Positions 27,264-36,855 of a stretch of DNA of 64,000 nucleotides are shown here, one piece after another. Source of the DNA: Gemmatimonadota bacterium (lineage in GTDB: Bacteria > Gemmatimonadota > Gemmatimonadetes > Gemmatimonadales > GWC2-71-9); contig JBDHIS010000018.1 in assembly GCA_039587315.1 (NCBI GenBank), forward strand, positions 218 through 64,217, in the 5' to 3' direction. The notes under the pieces are model-generated. The model ran no database searches and was not told the origin of the DNA. It saw only the letters and a program-made list of their open reading frames with translations. Within the stretch, counting starts at the first letter, position 1. The number at the start of each line of letters is the position of its first letter. The position numbers and the translations under genes are program-made.

Positions 27264-27800
27264 GTGGCGTCCCCGGTAGGACACGCTGTGGTCGGTCTCG
27301 CGTCGGCCGCGGTCGTCGCGCGGGTGACCGGTGCACCGCACGGCACCGAACTGTGGGTCGGCGCCGTGATCGCCAGCGGGCTTCCCGACCTCGACCTCGT
27401 GCTCGAGTGGGTGGGGTTCAAGGGACCTCGCTACCACCGCAACTGGTCACACTCCCTGTTTCTCATCGGATTGTTGGGCCTGGCCGGAATGGCGGCCGCC
27501 CTGTTCGTGCCGCTCCCGGTGGACCGCCGCGTAGCGCTCGCTTGGTGGGCGGCACTCATTTCGCACCCGGTTCTCGACGTCGTGACCACAGGCCCGACGC
27601 TTTGGGAGCGCGGGTACGGCATCGGCATTCTCTGGCCCGTTAGTGGTCGGCGGTGGTTCTCCCGCCGGCCGATCATCGATCAGACGACGGAATGGGGCTC
27701 GTGTCGTTCTGTGCGAGAGGTTTGGGATGGGCTGTTTCCAGAGATCGTGATGCTGACGCCGGTATGCGCACTCATCGTTGCGCTCACCCTCGTGGTGTAA
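27264..27800 (+). CDS. Membrane-bound metal-dependent hydrolase (YdjM/DUF457 family)
   Basis: N-terminal GHAVVG, DLDLVLE, YHRNWSHS motifs and several TM segments. Confidence 0.6.
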   Translation: MASPVGHAVVGLASAAVVARVTGAPHGTELWVGAVIASGLPDLDLVLEWVGFKGPRYHRNWSHSLFLIGLLGLAGMAAALFVPLPVDRRVALAWWAALISHPVLDVVTTGPTLWERGYGIGILWPVSGRRWFSRRPIIDQTTEWGSCRSVREVWDGLFPEIVMLTPVCALIVALTLVV

Positions 27801-27870
27801 CGGAGTTTGGCAGCTTGGATGCGACGGTTCGGGGGCATTGCGTGTCTTGTGGGGAGACATGGGAGGCAAG

Positions 27871-29037
27871 ATGGTGAAGCGATTTCTGACCTGGGCGGCC
27901 GCCGGGGCGTCGATCTTGTGCGTCTCGATCGCGGGGTGCGGTGAGAGAGCGGGCGGTACCGACGCCACCCGAACGGACTCGGCGGGCATATCCATAGTGA
28001 GGAACTCGGGGGCGGACCGACCCCTCGATTGGGAGTTCACTCCCGTGCTCACTCTCGGCGGCGCGGACGAGGGGCCGGAGGCGTTCTACACGCTGTGGCG
28101 CAGCGTCGTGACGACCGGCCGCGACGGGAGCATCTACGTCATCGACCGTCCCAACCATCGTGTCGTCGCCTTCGACTCGGTTGGCGGGCACCGCTGGTCG
28201 GTGGGGCGCGAGGGTGGCGGACCGGGCGAGTTCCAGTGGCCGTTCGGCGTGGCGGTGGGTGCCGACGGAACCGTCGAGGTCATGGACATCGGAAACCGGA
28301 AGATCGAGCGGATCGCCGCGGACGGCGAGTACCTCGGGAGTGTGTCGCTGGGCCCTGAGGGCGCCATCATGCAGATGGAGCGCGTGGATGCCGGTCTGGC
28401 CATCGAGCTGCAGCAGGGGATGCATGAGATCACGGACAAATTGGTGATCGCCGACGGTGCGGACACGACCGAGCTGACGTCAGTGACTCCAGCGGGAACC
28501 AAACTCGTCGAAGTCCCCAACTGTCCGATCCGCATACAGCAGCCGCCGATCTTCGCCCCCGAGCTTACGTGGGCTGCCGGTTGGACGTCGGTGGTCGTCA
28601 ACGAGGGACCGGAATACGTGATCTCCCTGTTCGACGGCGCGAGACGAGTGGCGAGCTACCGACGCGACGTCGAGCCGCGGCAGGCCACAGCCGAGATCGC
28701 GGCCGGGGAGTTCCCAGAGGGGCTGCGTCTTCGTGGCGGCGCAATCGACTGCAATGTGCCGGCGGAAGACTTCGCCGAGGCGCGCGGCTACGCTCCGCTG
28801 GTTCCCACAATTCGTGAGCTTCTGGTCGAGCCGGACGGCACGATCTGGGTCGAGCGCGACTGGACCGCACCGGGCGAGCACCCGATCGACATCATCGCGC
28901 CCGATGGCTCCTATGTCGGGACCCTGCCGTCCGACGTCGAGTACCCGGTCGCGTTTACGTCGGCGGGTCACGCGGTGGTCATTGAAACCGATGACCTGGA
29001 CGTGCAGCGGCTGGTCATCTATCGCGTGGAGCGCTAG
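27871..29037 (+). CDS. Lipoprotein, 6-bladed beta-propeller (NHL/TolB-like)
   Basis: The ATG at 27871 follows GGGAGG. Lipobox SIAGCG. Repeats of the type GSIYVIDRPNHRVVAFD / GTVEVMDIGNRKIERI. Confidence 0.65.
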   Translation: MVKRFLTWAAAGASILCVSIAGCGERAGGTDATRTDSAGISIVRNSGADRPLDWEFTPVLTLGGADEGPEAFYTLWRSVVTTGRDGSIYVIDRPNHRVVAFDSVGGHRWSVGREGGGPGEFQWPFGVAVGADGTVEVMDIGNRKIERIAADGEYLGSVSLGPEGAIMQMERVDAGLAIELQQGMHEITDKLVIADGADTTELTSVTPAGTKLVEVPNCPIRIQQPPIFAPELTWAAGWTSVVVNEGPEYVISLFDGARRVASYRRDVEPRQATAEIAAGEFPEGLRLRGGAIDCNVPAEDFAEARGYAPLVPTIRELLVEPDGTIWVERDWTAPGEHPIDIIAPDGSYVGTLPSDVEYPVAFTSAGHAVVIETDDLDVQRLVIYRVER

Positions 29038-29124
29038 CCTAAGTGCCTACGATACAACAGTTTAACCAGCAGCAGGGAGCCCCTGTAACGCTCGTCACGG
29101 ATGGAGCGTAACTCCAAGGCCAAC

Positions 29125-29144
29125 TTGTGAGTAGCCGCTCACAA
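29125..29144. promoter_or_regulatory. Inverted repeat TTGTGAG-N6-CTCACAA upstream of the 29182 ORF
   Basis: Seen directly; candidate operator of unknown regulator. Confidence 0.3.
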
Positions 29145-29181
29145 CGTGGCAGTACGGTCTCTAACCCAGAGGCTCCCTCAA

Positions 29182-29559
29182 ATGCCAAAGAACCAGAGTT
29201 GGGCCCGCGCCTGGGCCGTCTCCCGAGCCACCAGCCGGCCTCGGCTGCGGCAAGGGGCGTGGTACCGGGTCGTGGGGGACGAGCAGCCGGACCGGCTGGT
29301 GCTCGATGTCGAAGGCGCTCGCGCCGTTGTGCGCGAGAAGGTGGTCGAGGTCCGAGACGGTCTCACATCGCGCTTCACGGTCGTGTATCGCGGGTACGAT
29401 GAGGCCAACCCGGCGCTGGGGAGCGCCGCGGATCGCGGCCGTATCTATGGGGTGTGTCCAATGTCGGGTCACCGAGTACGGCTGGCACCCGGCGCGACCA
29501 GGGCCGTGTGCCAGCGTTGCGGCCACGAGGGCGAGGTCGCGTGGTGGGAGACCGGCTAG
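29182..29559 (+). CDS. Hypothetical protein with C-terminal zinc-ribbon-like CxxxxH...CxxC
   Basis: ATG at 29182 (MPKNQSW...); alternative GTG at 29146. CPMSGH...CQRCGH near the C-terminus. Confidence 0.45.
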   Translation: MPKNQSWARAWAVSRATSRPRLRQGAWYRVVGDEQPDRLVLDVEGARAVVREKVVEVRDGLTSRFTVVYRGYDEANPALGSAADRGRIYGVCPMSGHRVRLAPGATRAVCQRCGHEGEVAWWETG

Positions 29560-29580
29560 GAGGATCCGCTCGACGCCATC

Positions 29581-30807
29581 CTAGAACCAGTCCTGCTCCG
29601 ACCCGCGCCCCAGCGAGCCGCGGCCGTACTTCTCCCGCACGCGGTCGACCGCGCGGGCCAGGGCGCGGTCACGTCCCGTCTCGGGTCCCTCCTCCTCGAA
29701 CAGTGAGAGCTGATCGACCTCTTCCTGGAGAGTGAGGTTGGAGAGCCCTACCCCGAGCAGTCGCGCCGGCACTCTCCGCTTGGTGCGCAGCTGCTCCAGC
29801 AACGCGCGCGCGACCGACGCGATCACCCGATCGGAAATCACGGGTTCGTCGAGGGTGAGGCTTCTCTGCCGCGTCTTGAAGTCGTGGTCGCGGATCTTCA
29901 CCGTGATCGTGCGAGCCGCCCAGCGGTGCTTCCTCAGGTCACCCGATGCTCTGTCTGCCAGGCGCAGCAATTCCCGCACGAGGTCGTGATCGGCATCCAA
30001 ATCCAGCGCGAAGGTCGAGTCGCGACTCAGCGACTTGGCGTGCTCCCTGTGCTCGACGGGCGTTGAGTCGATGCCGCGGATGCGTCGGTGTAGCCAGCGG
30101 CCCGTGCGCTCGCCCAGCCACTGTTGCAGCGTATGCATGTCGTGCTGCAGCGCGTCCGTCACCGTCACGAGACCCACGGCGGCGAGCCGCTCCTGGAACC
30201 GCGGGCCCACGCCGGGGATCTCGGCGAGCGTGAACGTCTCCAGGAACGCGCCCTCCCCGCCGGGCGGCACGATAAACACGCCACCGGCCTCCGGCGTGTG
30301 ATGTGGCTTGGCCCGTTTGGCTGCGAGCTTCGCGACCAGGCGGGTCGTGCCGCCCCCGATCGAGACAGCGATCTCGGTTTGTGCGAGAACCGCCAGGCGG
30401 ATACGGCTGGCCGTCAGCTCGAGCGACTCTCCCCCGTAGAGCCCTTCGGTGCCGGTCATGTCGAGGTACATCTCGTCGATTGACGCCGGCTCGACCACCG
30501 GCGTGAAGTTCTCCAGCACGCGCACGATCGCCTTGCTGCGGTCACTGCAGGCGCGGCGCGGCACGCCAACGACGGTGGCATCGGGGCAAAGTCTGAGGGC
30601 CGTAGCGGTGGGCATGCCGGAACGCACGCCGAATTCTCGGGCTGCGTAGGAAGCCGACGTCACGACGCCTCGGCCACTCGCGGACCCTCCCACGAGCAAC
30701 AACTCAGCCCGCCCGGCCCCTGCGGGATCCATCAGGCACGCCACCTGCGCGTAGAACGCGTCGGCGTCGGCCAGGAGAATTCGGGTCGTTGATTCGGGCG
30801 TCGTCAT
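29581..30807 (-). CDS. dinB: DNA polymerase IV (Y-family)
   Basis: ILLADADAFYAQVACLMDP, SIDEMYLDMTG, SIGGGTTRLVAKLAAKRAKP, GVGPRFQERL motifs. Confidence 0.92.
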   Translation of the reverse strand: MTTPESTTRILLADADAFYAQVACLMDPAGAGRAELLLVGGSASGRGVVTSASYAAREFGVRSGMPTATALRLCPDATVVGVPRRACSDRSKAIVRVLENFTPVVEPASIDEMYLDMTGTEGLYGGESLELTASRIRLAVLAQTEIAVSIGGGTTRLVAKLAAKRAKPHHTPEAGGVFIVPPGGEGAFLETFTLAEIPGVGPRFQERLAAVGLVTVTDALQHDMHTLQQWLGERTGRWLHRRIRGIDSTPVEHREHAKSLSRDSTFALDLDADHDLVRELLRLADRASGDLRKHRWAARTITVKIRDHDFKTRQRSLTLDEPVISDRVIASVARALLEQLRTKRRVPARLLGVGLSNLTLQEEVDQLSLFEEEGPETGRDRALARAVDRVREKYGRGSLGRGSEQDWF

Positions 30808-30820
30808 GCCTCAGCGAAAC

Positions 30821-30848
30821 TTGCCACGGTGACCTGGTGTTGTAGTAT
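30821..30848 (+). promoter_or_regulatory. Sigma70-like promoter TTGCCA-16 bp-TAGTAT, divergent from dinB
   Basis: Hexamers at 30821-30826 and 30843-30848; orientation is toward the small ORF and eamA. Confidence 0.35.
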
Positions 30849-30895
30849 GCAGTTGTCCCGCCCGTTTCGTGAACCCGTAGAGAGGAGGTGATCCA

Positions 30896-30958
30896 TTGTC
30901 CAGTCAGAAACCGGAGCGCAACCTGGTATGGGCAAGCGATCGCCGTATCGGTAGCTAG
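30896..30958 (+). CDS. Candidate 20-aa leader/small ORF (TTG start) behind an extended Shine-Dalgarno AGGAGGTGATC
   Basis: AGGAGG at 30883-30888 and TTG 7 nt downstream. Peptide is (M)SSQKPERNLVWASDRRIGS. No homology evidence. Confidence 0.2.
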   Translation: MSSQKPERNLVWASDRRIGS

Positions 30959-31126
30959 TCCAGGACCGAATCGCGATCTGCGCCTCTGATCGAGCGCCGT
31001 AGGGCGATCGCACCGGGTTGCGCAGGTCACGGACCGCGTCGTCGGGCATTCGGTACCGACGGCGCGGTTCTGCGTCCAGGGGTCACGACACCCCCGCTTC
31101 GGAAGCCGGGTTAGATTCCGGCGCTG

Positions 31127-32050
31127 ATGGAGCTCCACAAGCCGGATCGCCGAGTCGTTCAGGGTCACGTCGCCCTCACCGCCGTACAGGTGGTATTTGG
31201 GCTCTTCCCCGTGTTCGGGATAATGGCATTCGCGGCCGGCGGCTTCTCTCCGCTGGGTGTAGGGGCGTGGCGCATTGTGGTCGGCTCGATGGTGCTGGGT
31301 GGGCTCGCCCTGCTGCGTTACGGCCGACGCGCACTGCCGGCGCGGAAGGACGTCCCACTGCTGTTCGTCGCGGCGATGCTGGGCGTCGCCGTGAACCAGG
31401 GCCTGTTCCTCGTCGGACTCTCCCGCTCGACTCCGATGAACGCGGGCCTGGTAATGACGCTGATTCCGGTGTTCACGTTCGCCATAGCGGCCCTTGCGCG
31501 CCTCGAGCGCTTCAGCGCGTTGCGGTTCCTCGGAGTCGTGATCGCTCTCGTCAGCACTCTGCCGCTTCTGTTCCAGGACGGGTTGGGGAACCTGGGAGCG
31601 TACGGTCTCGGCAATCTTCTGATGGTGAGCAATGCGCTCTGCTATTCCGGGTACCTCGTGGTGTCGAAGGTCCTGACACGCCGTTATTCCCCACTCGTTC
31701 TCACCGCCTGGGCTTACATTCTGTCCATCGTCGCGTTGCCGCTGTTCGTCTACGGGCAGAAGCTCGCACCGGATGCTGGCGCCACGGCCGCCTGGTGGTC
31801 GCTGACATACATACTCGTCGGACCGACCATAATCGCGTATCTGCTCAACATGTTTGCGCTGGCGCGGGTGCGAGCCTCCACGACGGCGGTCTACGTGTTC
31901 TCGCAGCCGTTGATCTCAGGTATCGGCAGTTGGGTGGTGTTCGGTGAGGAGCCGACAATTGCGATGGCGTGGGCCGCCGTCGGCCTGTTCGTCGGCATTT
32001 GGCTGGTCGGCCGTCGACCGCCGGCCGTGCAGGAGGTGCCCGCACCATAG
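31127..32050 (+). CDS. DMT superfamily transporter (EamA family)
   Basis: About 10 TM segments and a duplicated EamA-like architecture; 307 aa. Confidence 0.85.
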   Translation: MELHKPDRRVVQGHVALTAVQVVFGLFPVFGIMAFAAGGFSPLGVGAWRIVVGSMVLGGLALLRYGRRALPARKDVPLLFVAAMLGVAVNQGLFLVGLSRSTPMNAGLVMTLIPVFTFAIAALARLERFSALRFLGVVIALVSTLPLLFQDGLGNLGAYGLGNLLMVSNALCYSGYLVVSKVLTRRYSPLVLTAWAYILSIVALPLFVYGQKLAPDAGATAAWWSLTYILVGPTIIAYLLNMFALARVRASTTAVYVFSQPLISGIGSWVVFGEEPTIAMAWAAVGLFVGIWLVGRRPPAVQEVPAP

Positions 32051-32090
32051 GTTGACGGGGGCCTCACACCGGGGCGATTAACTGAATACC

Positions 32091-32606
32091 ATGCCAGAGG
32101 CACCGGAGTCGGGACCTCGTCGCCGCTCGATTCTCGCCGCGCTCTCCGTCGGTTTGGCGAGCGTCGCCCTTCTCTACGGCAGCCCTCTCAGCGCGCAGGA
32201 GCCTGAGCTCCACCCGAACCTCGCCTACATTGAGATCATGGGCGCCGGCATAGGCTACTCGATCAACTACGAGCGCCTGTTCCCGAGCGGCCTCAGCGTT
32301 CGCGGCGGCATGGGGTGGTACCCGTTCGAGGGGCTCAAGGGCTCGATCTGGTTCGCAACGGTGGCCTGGCGCGTTGGGAAAGAACGCCACGCACTCCGTG
32401 TCGGAGCAGGCGGGGGCGTGATCTTCGCCGTGGAGGCTCCCGGGCTCGAGGGTTCCGACGAAACGGCCGGCTACGCAGTCGTCATTGTCGGATACGAGTA
32501 CCGCTTTCCGTCCCAAGACTGGTTCTTGAGAGTGCAGCTGACTCCTGTATTCGCCACTGACGGCTTTCTACCCTGGGGCGGGTTCTCCTTCGGCTACGCG
32601 TTCTGA
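32091..32606 (+). CDS. Small outer-membrane beta-barrel-like hypothetical protein
   Basis: Signal peptide ending SAQE, alternating hydrophobic beta-strand pattern, C-terminal ...FSFGYAF. Confidence 0.5.
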   Translation: MPEAPESGPRRRSILAALSVGLASVALLYGSPLSAQEPELHPNLAYIEIMGAGIGYSINYERLFPSGLSVRGGMGWYPFEGLKGSIWFATVAWRVGKERHALRVGAGGGVIFAVEAPGLEGSDETAGYAVVIVGYEYRFPSQDWFLRVQLTPVFATDGFLPWGGFSFGYAF

Positions 32607-32777
32607 TTCGCTCGCTACTGTACACGCTCCGCCCTCATCCCGAACAGCTCGAATGCCACGACGTCGCCGCCGCTCGCGCGGATGAGAGTCACCTCATCTG
32701 CAAGGCTTTTGGAACCCTACCGGCTTGCCGGGGTTACGTCGCAATACGCGAGACTCTCGATCAGACAAGGAAAGCAG

Positions 32778-33377
32778 ATGCGCAAAGGCATGATGCTGCT
32801 CGTCAGTGGCGTGTTGGCGGCCGCGTGTTCGGACTCGACCGCGCCCGGCCGTGAAGCGACGTTCGCCTTCGTGGTACGGGGCGACGTGAGCGGCGCGGTT
32901 CAAGGGGATACGGCAGTATTCGGCGGCGGGGTGGATCCCTTCAATGGCGACTCCACATGGGTGCTCGACCTTCACACAGGCGAGCTGGCTGCTCTTCAGG
33001 GAGTGGCGTTCCTCACTCTCGGCGGACGTCCTGAAGCCGGCTCCTATCCCATCGTCCAGTTCACCGAGCCCAGCGACCTCGAGGGCAACTCTTTCGGCTC
33101 GGTCGTAGTGATCAGCCCGACGGATGAAGTGCCGGTCGGTTTTGTCGGTGACGCAGTGTCGGGTACACTCACGATCACATCGTCTGCCGCCGAGTTGGTA
33201 GAGGGGAGTTTCGAACTGGCCGCCAATGGGAAGGTCGGGGAGTCCGCGGATGCTCTCGATGACGGCAGGGTTACCGTGGCGGGAACATTCAGCGCCGTAC
33301 CCTTCGAGGTCCTCGCGCCATCCACCAGCAGGTCGCTGCTGCTCCGGCGGTTTCGGACTCCGAGGCTTCCCCGTTAG
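32778..33377 (+). CDS. Hypothetical lipoprotein
   Basis: The ATG at 32778 gives MRKGMMLLVSGVLAAACSD (lipobox). Confidence 0.55.
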   Translation: MRKGMMLLVSGVLAAACSDSTAPGREATFAFVVRGDVSGAVQGDTAVFGGGVDPFNGDSTWVLDLHTGELAALQGVAFLTLGGRPEAGSYPIVQFTEPSDLEGNSFGSVVVISPTDEVPVGFVGDAVSGTLTITSSAAELVEGSFELAANGKVGESADALDDGRVTVAGTFSAVPFEVLAPSTSRSLLLRRFRTPRLPR

Positions 33378-33410
33378 ATTCAGCCCGACTCTAATCTGAG
33401 GTTAGCGGGA

Positions 33411-33938
33411 ATGCGGAAGCTCGGTTTTCTTTTGGTCTGTGCTGCTGCGCTCGGCCTGTTCCACACGCCGGCACTGCTGGCGCAGGATGACGTAGAAGAG
33501 GCGATAGCCGACTTCATCGAGACGGATCCCGGCACGCAGTGGTGGTTCGACAACGCGTACGGGTACGCGGTGTTTCCGTCTGTGGGGAAGGGCGCCATCG
33601 GGATCGGTGGAGCGCACGGCGGCGGGTGGGTCTACGAGCAGGGCAGGTTGGTGGGTCGCTCCAAGCTCACGCAGGTGACGATCGGATTCCAGCTCGGTGG
33701 CCAGGCCTACCGCGAAGTGGTGTTCTTCAAGGACCAGACATCACTCGAGGACTTCAAGCGCGGCAACTTCGAGCTCTCGGCCCAGGCCTCCGCGGTGGCG
33801 GTAACGGCGGGAGCCTCCGGTGACATTTCTTACAACGGTGGCGTCGCCATCATCACGATCGCCAAGGGCGGTCTGATGTACGAGGCGTCGGTCGGCGGCC
33901 AGAAGTTCTCGTACGATCCGGAAGACGACAACGAGTAG
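33411..33938 (+). CDS. SYLF (Ysc84/DUF500) lipid-binding domain protein, secreted
   Basis: YAVFPSVGKGAIGIGGAHGGG...QVTIGFQLGGQAY...ASAVAVTAGASGD pattern. Confidence 0.75.
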   Translation: MRKLGFLLVCAAALGLFHTPALLAQDDVEEAIADFIETDPGTQWWFDNAYGYAVFPSVGKGAIGIGGAHGGGWVYEQGRLVGRSKLTQVTIGFQLGGQAYREVVFFKDQTSLEDFKRGNFELSAQASAVAVTAGASGDISYNGGVAIITIAKGGLMYEASVGGQKFSYDPEDDNE

Positions 33939-35077
33939 TGGCGCGCAGGTTCGCGCGACTAGTCTTCGTTCTATGCGTGCTGCCACTCCTCCCGGGAGTG
34001 GCGCGTGCGCAACAGGACGCTGAGGAGGGGCAGCCCGCCGACAGCGCCACCGCACGGCCGGGTAACACGCTGGTTCCACTTCCGGTGGTCTTCTACCAGC
34101 CCGAGACCAAGCTCGGCTTCGGGGGTCTGGTCAGCTACTACTTCCAGATCGGCGAAGGACCGGAGGAGCCCGGCGCGCCGTACCAGCCGTCCAACCTCTC
34201 GCTCGTCGGCATCTACACGACCAGAAAGCAGATCGTCATATCGCTCGGAGGGGAGTTGTTCCTGAGCAGGGGGCGCAACCGGGTCGTGGGCGATGTGGGT
34301 TACATCAAGTTCCCCAACAAGTACTGGGGAATCGGGAACGAGACCCCCGAATCCAACGAGGAGGAGTACACCCCCGAGTCGGTCGGCGGACTGGGTGAGG
34401 TACTGCACCGGGTGGCGCGCGGCTGGTTCGTTGGGGCCGGACTGCAGGCGGGGTACCGCGCGATCACGGCCTTCGACTCGGGCGGAGCTTTCGAGGCGGG
34501 CGTCGTCCCGGGCTCTGACGACGGGTGGGCGATCGGCCCCGGGGTACTTCTGACGCGGGACACGCGCAACAACACGGTGTTCCCGACTCGGGGCGGCTAC
34601 CACCAGTTCCGAGCGTTCCTGTTCGACGGCTTCTTCGGGAGCGACTTCGATTGGGGGAGCTTCTCTCTGGACATGCGTGGCTACTTGCCGGTCTTTCGAT
34701 CGCAGGTCATTGCGCTGCGGGCGCTCGGCATGGCCACGACCGGTACGCCACCGTTCGACTTTATGCCGCAGCTCGGCGGCGAGCAGCTGCTGCGGGGGTA
34801 CTTCCAGGGCCGCTTCCGGGATCGCCAGTTGGTGGCCTTCCAGGGTGAGTTCCGAACGCCGGTGTGGTGGCGGTTCGGGGCCGTCGGCTTCGTCGGCGTG
34901 GGGCAGGTGGGTGATGTCTTCGGCGATTTCTCGGGAAGCGGCTTCCACGTGTCGGCTGGGGGTGGGCTGAGGTTCGAGATATCGCGCCAGGAAGGCCTCA
35001 ATCTGCGGGCCGACTATGGGTGGGGGTTCGACGTGGGATCCGGCGGCTTCTACCTCAGCATCGGCGAGACCTTCTGA
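33938..35077 (+). CDS. Omp85-family outer membrane protein (bacterial surface antigen/BamA-TamA-like barrel, no POTRA recognised)
   Basis: Signal peptide MARRFARLVFVLCVLPLLPGVARAQQ. C-terminal GGGLRFEISRQEGLNLRADYGWGF...FYLSIGETF. Confidence 0.72.
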   Translation: MARRFARLVFVLCVLPLLPGVARAQQDAEEGQPADSATARPGNTLVPLPVVFYQPETKLGFGGLVSYYFQIGEGPEEPGAPYQPSNLSLVGIYTTRKQIVISLGGELFLSRGRNRVVGDVGYIKFPNKYWGIGNETPESNEEEYTPESVGGLGEVLHRVARGWFVGAGLQAGYRAITAFDSGGAFEAGVVPGSDDGWAIGPGVLLTRDTRNNTVFPTRGGYHQFRAFLFDGFFGSDFDWGSFSLDMRGYLPVFRSQVIALRALGMATTGTPPFDFMPQLGGEQLLRGYFQGRFRDRQLVAFQGEFRTPVWWRFGAVGFVGVGQVGDVFGDFSGSGFHVSAGGGLRFEISRQEGLNLRADYGWGFDVGSGGFYLSIGETF

Positions 35078-35133
35078 GTCGGGCGGGACCAGCCGAAACA
35101 TCTGGTCGGGCCGTACCGTAGGGAAACCAGACC

Positions 35134-35367
35134 TTGGAAATCGAGGGACGTTCCATGTTGAGACCGGTTCTTGCTGTGGCTGCAGTCGGCGTCGGCGGCT
35201 ACGCACTCTGGAAGATCCTCTGGGTGCTGCTCCTCCCGCTCCTTGGCACCCTGGTGGGCTTTGTGGCCTTCGTGGTGAAGGCGTTCTTCATCCTCGCGCT
35301 CGTGCTGATTGCGCTGTGGGTGTTCAAGAAGGTGATGACGAAGGCGCAGGAGGCGACGGCGCAGTAG
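35134..35367 (+). CDS. Small integral membrane protein
   Basis: Two or three hydrophobic helices (LAVAAVGVGGYALWKILWVLLLPLLGTLVGFVAFVVKAFFILALVLIALWVF). The start may be the ATG at 35155. Confidence 0.5.
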   Translation: MEIEGRSMLRPVLAVAAVGVGGYALWKILWVLLLPLLGTLVGFVAFVVKAFFILALVLIALWVFKKVMTKAQEATAQ

Positions 35368-35515
35368 CCGAGAGGGAGCAACACAGTCGCAGGAGTTGGG
35401 CCGGCGGGGTGTACAGCCCTGCCGGCCCTCTTGCGTCCGGTACGGGCGGTGGGTGGCGGGGAACCGATCGGCGGGGCAGTGTATTGAGCAGGTATACGCT
35501 CAAGCCGGACCCCGA

Positions 35516-36697
35516 ATGCTCACTCTTGTCGCTCCTTCCCCAAGCTCACGCGGCGCGCTGACCACGAGACTCGCGACGATGGTCGCGGCGTGTGTCGTGC
35601 TCGTGCAATGCGGCGGCGAGGAGAGAGTGCTCGGTCCGGAGACGGACGGTCCTCAGCTCGCCTTCGTAGGCGGCAGCGGGGACCAGGCTGAGGTCTACGT
35701 GGTCGCCGCCGACGGGAACGGACTCGCGAACCTCACGAACAGTCCCGGTTCCTATAGTGATCCGGTCTGGTCGCCCGATGGCATGCAGCTCGCAGTCGTG
35801 CGGGACACGCATCTGATCCTGGTGGCCGCGGAAGGTGAGCTGGTCGATCTGTCGGCCACGCTCGAGGCGGCGACCAACCCCGTGTGGTCACCGGATGGTG
35901 CGCGCATCGCTTTCGAGGAGGGCTTTTGGCCCAACGGGGATATCTACACCGTGCGAATTGCCAATCGTCGGCTGCTCGAACTGGCCCCGAATCCGTTCGA
36001 CCAGTACGCGCCAGCGTGGTCACCTGACGGTCTCAGGATCGCGTTCGTGCGCTCACTGCAAGGTCCCAATCCAGAGATCTTCGTCGTTGGCTCCAGTGGA
36101 GGAGAGCCCACTCAGCTCACCAGCGAGCCGGCTCCCGACTTCCGACCGTTGTGGTCTCCGGACGGCACGCGAATCGCCTTCATCAGTTGGCGCAATCTGG
36201 AGGGGAGCGTTCATGTGATGAACGCCGATGGCGGCGGGCTGGTGAAGCTGACGGATGAAGGTGCTGTGTACACCGATGTCGAGTGGTCTCCGGACGGGAC
36301 GCGCCTCGCGTTCGTGAAGGAGAGCATAGACGGCACGCGCCGCGTCATGGTCGCCGAGGCAAACGGCAGCGGAGCAGACGCTCTCTCGAGCGCAGCCCGC
36401 CGCGGCGATTGTCCTGCTTGGTCTCCGGACGGTCTCCGGCTCGCCTACCTGAGTGGCGAGACCGGTCCGTTCGGTGCGATTCGGGTCGCCGACCTGGCGG
36501 CAAGCGCCGTGGCCGACGCAACCGGCGACGAACCCGGTGATCACTGTCCTACCTGGTCCGCGGATGGACAGTGGCTGGCGACGGTGGCACGAATTGATGA
36601 GTCGACCTCCGTAGGCGTGGTGACGATGCGCCCGGACGGCACGCAGAGGGTCGTGGTCTACGAGGGAGTGGCCTCCTTTCCGAGGTGGCGACCGTAG
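35516..36697 (+). CDS. Lipoprotein with PD40 (TolB-like) beta-propeller repeats
   Basis: Repeated PVWSPDG.RIAF / PAWSPDGLRIAF / PLWSPDGTRIAF / VEWSPDGTRLAF / PAWSPDGLRLAY / PTWSADGQWLA motifs. Lipobox-like LVQCGG. Confidence 0.78.
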   Translation: MLTLVAPSPSSRGALTTRLATMVAACVVLVQCGGEERVLGPETDGPQLAFVGGSGDQAEVYVVAADGNGLANLTNSPGSYSDPVWSPDGMQLAVVRDTHLILVAAEGELVDLSATLEAATNPVWSPDGARIAFEEGFWPNGDIYTVRIANRRLLELAPNPFDQYAPAWSPDGLRIAFVRSLQGPNPEIFVVGSSGGEPTQLTSEPAPDFRPLWSPDGTRIAFISWRNLEGSVHVMNADGGGLVKLTDEGAVYTDVEWSPDGTRLAFVKESIDGTRRVMVAEANGSGADALSSAARRGDCPAWSPDGLRLAYLSGETGPFGAIRVADLAASAVADATGDEPGDHCPTWSADGQWLATVARIDESTSVGVVTMRPDGTQRVVVYEGVASFPRWRP

Positions 36698-36855
36698 GAA
36701 CTCGATTGCCTAGTGGAGCTGCTCCGCCACCGCCCCACCCCGACGGAATCACTCACCTTTACCCCCCCAGTCCATCGCAACCGTCTGCGCCGCCCAGGCG
36801 TCTAAGTGGTGGCAGTCGAACGCCCTGACCCTCACCGCCATTCGGACGCGGCGCG

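Noticed and set aside
30808-30900. LexA/SOS box upstream of dinB
   Set aside because: I looked for CTGT-N8-ACAG, GAAC-N4-GTTC and GTTC-N7-GTTC type motifs and found no convincing palindrome. The SOS box of this lineage is unknown to me, so no call was made.
30936-31011. Two GCGATCGC (HIP1-like) octamers at 30936-30943 and 31004-31011
   Set aside because: I noticed only these two copies. The octamer is short and GC-rich, so it is expected by chance in this composition, and there is no evidence of a dispersed repeat family.
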